NCBI RefSeq assembly: GCF_002571385.2
Contig: NW_019217822.1
Span: forward strand, 429,331-493,330
Origin: Stylophora pistillata
Taxonomy: Eukaryota
Length of the DNA stretch: 64,000 nt
Direction of reading: 5' to 3'
Shown: positions 57,954 through 64,000 of the stretch, one piece after another
How positions within the stretch are numbered: the stretch's first letter is position 1
Layout: each line of letters opens with the position of its first letter
Position numbers and translations under genes: made by a program
The notes under the pieces: generated by a model
Told to the model about the DNA's origin: nothing
Databases searched by the model: none
The model's input: the letters and a program-made list of their open reading frames with translations, nothing else

Positions 57954-60900
57954 TTATTTTGGCGACTTCTTTCTCGTTCTTCGCTGTGCCAGCAGCGAGG
58001 CATGGACGGGTTTTAGCCGCTTGTTGTCGGGGGAGGAGAGGGCCGAGAAAGTGGCCTTGACAGCTTCCTTAATTCTTGACACACTGCTGACTTGGTGAAG
58101 CCTGTGCTGAGGTAGTTGATATCGACTGACTACCCATGGGTGTTGAAGAACCTGTAGTAGAGTTAAACAATTAGGACGAGCCTCAAACGTAAGTAAATTA
58201 ACAAAAGAAAACGCCGACACAGAAACAAGAGGAGCTTTTTCTAATCTAATTAGAACGCCATTTCTGGAGAATCAAAATGGCTGTGAGCCACTGAGGTAAT
58301 GGAATGATGGATAGAAGGAGTGAATTTTGGGTTAAAACAAGTTACAAAGAAGTATTTTTTTTTTCTTCGAACAGTTAAGACAAGGATAAAACACTCACAA
58401 AAGTATCGAAGGCCGACGGGAAATGGATGATTAACGTTCGAAGGACCTTAATTAGCAATCGCAAAATAATCAATGCAAGATAATCCAGCCATAGGGCATA
58501 CCTCTGACAACTATTTACGAATAACTATAAGCTCACCTGTTTGGCTGTCAGCCGCAGTCTTGGATTCACGTGAAGCATCTGTCTGACTAAATCCTAGAGA
58601 GTAATCAAAAAGGTGTCAATAAATGTCGGGAAAATCAGAACAAAATAAGGTCGATGCTTTGGGAGTGATGCGCAAGAAGAGTAAGGTTCCTTTTTATGGT
58701 GCGCCTTGCACCAGGAGTTCCGCGCAGCGCGCTAACACGAATATTTTTTCACTCGTTCTTTTATTCACGCGACAAACTTCGCCAAAAGGGAGACACTACT
58801 CACAATCTATGGAACGTTCAAATACAGACGTCTGGTAAGAAATCCAACAAATTGAATCAAAATGCATTTTAAGGTTGGTTCTAGACTTTCCAGTAAAATT
58901 TATTTGTTGGACTTCAGTAGAGCACAGATTCTCCTTGAGATCCTCACTGTAACTGAAATAATGATATGAATAATGACACCTGATGTAAGGTTTTCATGAT
59001 ATTACCTTGGCAACATCTGAGACGTGATCCCAGGCTCCCCCCACCAGGGAATATTTTCCTTCCCCGATTCTTGACAAAATGACCGTTGTAGAATCTTCTG
59101 GGCCGACAGCAAATGGTGTTTGCCTGAAAATGATAAACGAAGAAAATGTCATCCTCCGTCTCATCCAGAACTACACAAGTCTCCCTTTTGTACGCAATAA
59201 GGCGGTTTCTTTCTAGACGCTGGGCTGAATAATGATTAGTCAGACCCCTGTCAAAGTTCTCTTCGACTCATCTGAAATCTCCCCAGAGGCGGAGAAACAC
59301 TCTTCTTTTAAGGCTTTCAGTTCTCATGAGCACTATTTAACAGTCACTCACCCAGCTAGCATGGTGTAGAGAAGTACACCCAAGCTCCAGATGTCACACG
59401 CCGCATCGTATCCCTGTTTCTTGAGCACCTCTGGAGCCACAAAATTTGCCGTATAGCATGGAGTCATTAGCAAACCATTTGTTGCTCGGATCTGTTTAGC
59501 AAAACCAAAATCAACTATCCTCAGAGACTCGGGGCTGCCTCTGTCGTCCGCGTACATGATGTTGCTTGGTTTTAGATCTCTGTGTACAACCTACAACGAA
59601 AGGAGAAAATTCTTATTTCCTGGATGGCTATGCAAGCAGGCAACAAGGGTGGGATTGCCCACTTTGTTCGCACAAAACCGAAATTTGTATCTTTTGCCTG
59701 TAAAACACTTTGTAAAACCATCACCAAAGTGATCACAACGACCAATCAAAATAAAGCACTAGGAAAACGCGAGTCGGGCCAAGTCGGAATTGGTTCATTT
59801 GTTTCTTCTGATTGATTGAGAGGCTAGCGCGAGTCTTATGGACCAATCACAGAGCGTGAAGAGGCAAGCAAATACATGTACATCCCAGAATACTTGCGTG
59901 ATTTAGTTGAACACCTCTCAATCGCAGAGTGTTAATCGCGCAAGCCTACTCGGTCAAGATGACTGGGTAAAAACTAAAAATAAATAACGCTGCTAATATC
60001 TGGTCAAATTTACTTTAAGCTGTGTCAATAAAATAAAACCTACCCCTTCTTCATGAAGAAAAGTAAACGTGCTAGCCAGAGTGAACATGATGAGAGCAGC
60101 TTCTCTTTCTGATAGACTCTTGTGTTTAAGTATTCTGTCCAAAAGCTCTCCACCCTTCATCAGCTCCATCACCATAAACACATTTTTGTCATCTTCAAAG
60201 ACCTTGGATGAAAAGAACGATAGACAAATATATATTTCCGTTAGGGGGAGTGAAGAGGTGGTTTAAGGAGCAAGGGGAGAGGGGCTGTGGAAACCTTGTT
60301 ATATAAGTCGTTTCGATATCAACACTAACATCCTTAAGATTGACCAACAACTAATTTCTCCTTACAATATCAATACCTTGTCAAGTTAAGAGATAATGAG
60401 AAGACAGAAAAATCAACGAGAATCTCTCTACAAGTAAATATCTCAGCTTACATCTCTGAGGTGAATCACATTTGGGTAGCTTCCATAACGTAAAAGAATC
60501 TGTAAGGAAAACAGTTCATGTTAATCATCTAATCTGTAATTGATAAAATAGTGTCTATAATTTGGATATATCACATATGTTTGCCAATTAAAAATAATGT
60601 CAATACCTCTGTGGAATTATAAAATGCAAGGCATAGCTGCTTTAGGTGGAATTTTTTCATATCTCATTTGTTTCAAAACTTACCATGAATCTGACTAAGA
60701 GAGAGTGTATAATTGTACAAAACAAGCAAGACCTGGAAAATCAAACAGTGTATGAGGAATTCTTACCTCAATTTCTTCTGTAGGATCTCGTTTACTCTTA
60801 TCTACAATCTGTAAAATCAGAACATCCTTTAAAATTCTCTGTGACTACTGTAAGAAACAAGTATGTCTTTTGCAAAATTCAAGTGAACAGGCAGTAAAAA

Positions 60901-61094
60901 AGGTTAAGTCTGTACTAGACCCAAGAGGCCTTTCCTGACAGAGTTCATCCCAGTTTCCAGAGCATGAAGCAACTAGGAGTATTACAAATCCCCCCTGGAT
61001 GGGATGCCAGGCCATGTTACATGGTTACCCCCCCCAACATTTCAACTGTCAGCAATCAGCAATTGCTGATGGGTTTACCCTGGCTAAAGACGTA

Positions 61095-61132
<38 letters not shown>

Positions 61133-63407
61133 GGCAGTAATAATAACATAATAATAATAATAATGCAAATATTTATACAGGATAACCTATCAGTTCTTAA
61201 TAGAAAGAAATGCTAACAAAAGGGTCCTGTACTTAACTCATAAATAATTAAAAATAAATAAATAATTCTAAGAAATCTAAGATTTACATTTATTTAACTT
61301 ACAAGATTTAAAAGATTTATGAGGTAATTGGATACTATTGAAAAAAACTTTTAAATTACACTTAAAAAGAAACCTTGAATTTAAACTTCTTAAATGCCAA
61401 GGTAAAGTGTTGTAAACTAGAGCCCCTTGAAAGGCAAAACTTCTTCATCCAAATTCTAATTTGACTTTGGGAAGATTTAGTGAACATCCATTGTTTCTAG
61501 TGTTAATGTTGTGTTCAATTTTGGTGAAATATCCTTTAAAAGGGGTACAGACATTATCCTATAGACAGTCAAATACAAGCTGGCAGGACTGTCTCTTTAT
61601 TAGACTCTCCACTGTCTGGACTTGATAATTTCCACCAATAACTTTCTGACTTCGACGTTCTATGCTTTAAAATTGACTCTTACGGGAACGTGACCAAGAG
61701 AGACCCAGGGTTCCACAATATGTAAAAACAGGTTGAATCATTGCTTTGTAGATTTTCTCGGATGCCCAGATAATTTATCCTAAACAATGATTGGGCAGCA
61801 AGCAGTAACCAATCAATGCAACGACCAAAGTCCTTGCAATTAAAATTCCCATAGAAATTCCTAATTATGAAACCCTAGTAATGAAAGTCCTAAACTTAAT
61901 TACTATTTAATAAAAACCATCAGACAAATACTAAAGGTTCCATATGTCACTATCAAAATGCTTAAATGTAATAAAACATCTAATATCCCCTCCTTCAATC
62001 TCAAAGCGCCTTGCCATATTGAGTGAACTATGGCAATTCCTAATCATAAAAGCCTTAGTCCTAAATGTAACTACTATTTAGTAAAATCCTCAATCTAATA
62101 CTAAAAGTCCTATAACATCACTATGATACCAATTAAATGTGATAAAACATCTAATATCCCTTATCTCAAAATCTTAAAGCACCTCACAATATTGAGTGAA
62201 TTTGTGATGACTGACTTCTGTATCTGCAGAGCTGTTGTGTCACTCTCATTTCCCACTAGCCCTTTAAGTGCCTTTCCAACATTTCTTGAATAACCTCCGA
62301 GTACATCCACAATGTTGTACTGCGTCACTCGATAATCAGGGTATTATCTAATTTATTTATTATTATTATTATCATCTGACAATTTGCCGCTACCCATTTA
62401 TACTCCAGAGTGGAGAGAGGCACTCTAAAGGAGAAGAGTTTTGCCCAAGAACACAACACAATGACCCAGCACAGTCTCAAACCAGACTTCTCAGCCCAGA
62501 GTCCTGGGCATTAACCATTATGCCTACACAAACAGGTAGTAACATAACCCAATTTTTTGGGAGCCCTCCTTAGAACTAAAGATGGTTGGTGCACATACAT
62601 TGTGCAATTAATCTGATGAAAATGAAAATTCTGTACCTTAACTGCACACTCTCCCCCTGATGCTTTATGAATACACTTTTTACAAACTGAAAACGATCCT
62701 TTTCCAATTTCCTGTCGACAAAAAAAAAAATGAATGACAAAAAAAGTTCAGTATCATAATTAGTGTCAAGGAACTAGGGAAACTGGTTCATTATATCGAG
62801 GGTTCATTAAATCAAGGTTCTGTGGCATATGTTTTAATTCAACTTTAGCCGGGCTAAAACTGAGGTATTATTTGTTATACCGAGGACTTTGTTAATATAT
62901 AGAGGTTCATCAAATTGAGGTTCCACTGTATAATAACAAGCAGACAACTAATGAAAATAAAGAAAAATATCAATTAGGGTATTCCTACTTGGTCTAAGAC
63001 CAAATTCTCCAAACTAACATCATATGAATTCTAAGATAGAGAGAAAGGAGAATTACTAATGAGATATCTTGAGAGTGAGGGGGTTATCTGAAAACCCCCA
63101 CCACTCTACCACACTGCTCTCCTGCTAATAATTCATTAAAATAGATTCCATGTTCCCATGCATCTGTTCAAAAAATTTAGGAAAGATAACAGACATCAAA
63201 ATGTGGTAAGAACAAAAAAGTGGCATATGAGGCACAGCAGAATGTGTCACTGAAGATGTTCTCTCCACATTTTGACACCATCTGTGATCTTTCCCAAACA
63301 GACAAAATAAAAAAAAATTAAATTATGTCCTCATTTTCTCCAAAACAAATTGTGCATGAGTTCACCTGTTTAATATCGTATTCTTCAAGAATGGACGTTG
63401 TTCTTAT
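57954..63407 (-). CDS. RPS6KA: p90 ribosomal S6 kinase (RSK, RPS6KA1/2/3/6-like): C-terminal CAMK-type kinase domain and tail; 5' part lies outside the window
   Basis: Exons: 63366-63407, 62637-62711 ([16 protein letters not shown]...AVK), 60767-60808 ([14 protein letters not shown]), 60452-60499 (ILLRYG), 60044-60202 ([14 protein letters not shown]), 59352-59590 ([35 protein letters not shown]), 59006-59123, 58537-58593, 57954-58151 (ERK-docking LAQRR, stop). A further exon at 63861-63901 is possible but weakly supported. Confidence 0.96.
61145..61766 (-). mobile_element. CR1/L2-group LINE 3' fragment with in-frame stops
   Basis: Translates [15 protein letters not shown]...IERR...[34 protein letters not shown]...FK, followed by a 3' UTR and (ATT)n tail. 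Confidence 0.85.
61880..62200. repeat. Diverged ~175-bp tandem duplication
   Basis: agtcctaaa...tactattta...aatactaaa...taaaacatctaatatccc...atattgagtgaa occurs twice. Confidence 0.7.
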
Positions 63408-64000
63408 CTGGAAGATGTTATGCAAAGGCTGGAGTGAAATAAAAAACATTTAAATCAGCTTTAACATACATTAAAGTTAAGCTTAGATCTGTTAATATCA
63501 GTTGTTTATTTTGACTAAACTGTTCTTAACTTTACTTTTACTATAATATTATAGCTGGAAACACCCATGGGCTATGATCCCACGCACGTAAAAAAGTATG
63601 TGGAGCAGACTTACAAAGTTCATAGCTTTTGGACAATGTTGGCAATGAAGTCCAATAAAACGGCAGAAAACAGTAAAAACAAAGAAAGCATGAACGACCA
63701 TTTTGGCTTTATTGTGCTACAAACAGAACTGGCTTTCTTTTCCAGCTCTCACAATAAATTAGTCCTGTTTGATTCCAACTAAAGCAAAATCTTTTTTGCC
63801 ATAAAATGAATCCCTAATTGACAATGCTTGTTTGGTTAAGATGCATGGCTGGATATCAACCTCATTCTTTTTATGCATTTTAATGGCCATTGACCCTGCT
63901 TCTGTCGATAAAAACACATAAAAGAACTCCACAAATATCCAGCCATCTTGACTTCGTGAATAACACAAATGTTAAGAGCAATGAAGTTGGGAACTTTCAA

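Larger units (their letters stand above)
60915..62522 (-). mobile_element. Second tRNA-derived SINE family, split into 60915-61050 and 62376-62522 by later insertions
   Basis: The halves (catgaagcaactaggagtatt...ccccctggatgggatg and tacccatttatactcc...gagagaggcact...ttgcccaagaacacaacacaatg) look like consecutive parts of one MIR-like SINE. Fragments also occur near 9200 and 38405. Confidence 0.65.

Overview
This is AT-rich, intron-dense animal genomic DNA. The repeat families look like those of a stony coral or other anthozoan, but that is inference only. Two protein-coding genes lie head-to-tail on the minus strand. (1) The 3' half of a p90 ribosomal S6 kinase gene (RSK/RPS6KA: C-terminal kinase domain and ERK-docking tail) runs from about 63407 to its stop at 57954. 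(2) A very large VPS13A/C-type bridge-like lipid-transfer gene starts at ATG 55374 and runs off the left edge. I traced about 86-88 exons by hand with consistent phases, from the chorein N-terminus into the VAB repeats. The introns are full of TEs: an internally deleted two-gene PIF/Harbinger element, tRNA-derived SINEs, L2/CR1 LINE 3' ends, and piggyBac-, Kolobok-, pogo- and Harbinger-like MITEs, several of them nested. The main observations are an exon-for-exon ~500-aa internal duplication in VPS13, an 87-bp x4 tandem array that copies a VPS13 splice acceptor into three PTC-generating decoys, a basic insertion in VPS13 with paired 14-3-3/RSK-type motifs, two GC-AG introns, a Harbinger partner gene with a Cys-rich N-terminus, and a degenerate Penelope-type hammerhead ribozyme. 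I found no CRISPR array, rRNA or true tRNA gene. Assembly gaps are at 33463-34081, with single Ns at 8092, 48143 and 49876. All coordinates were read by eye and may be off by a few bases.
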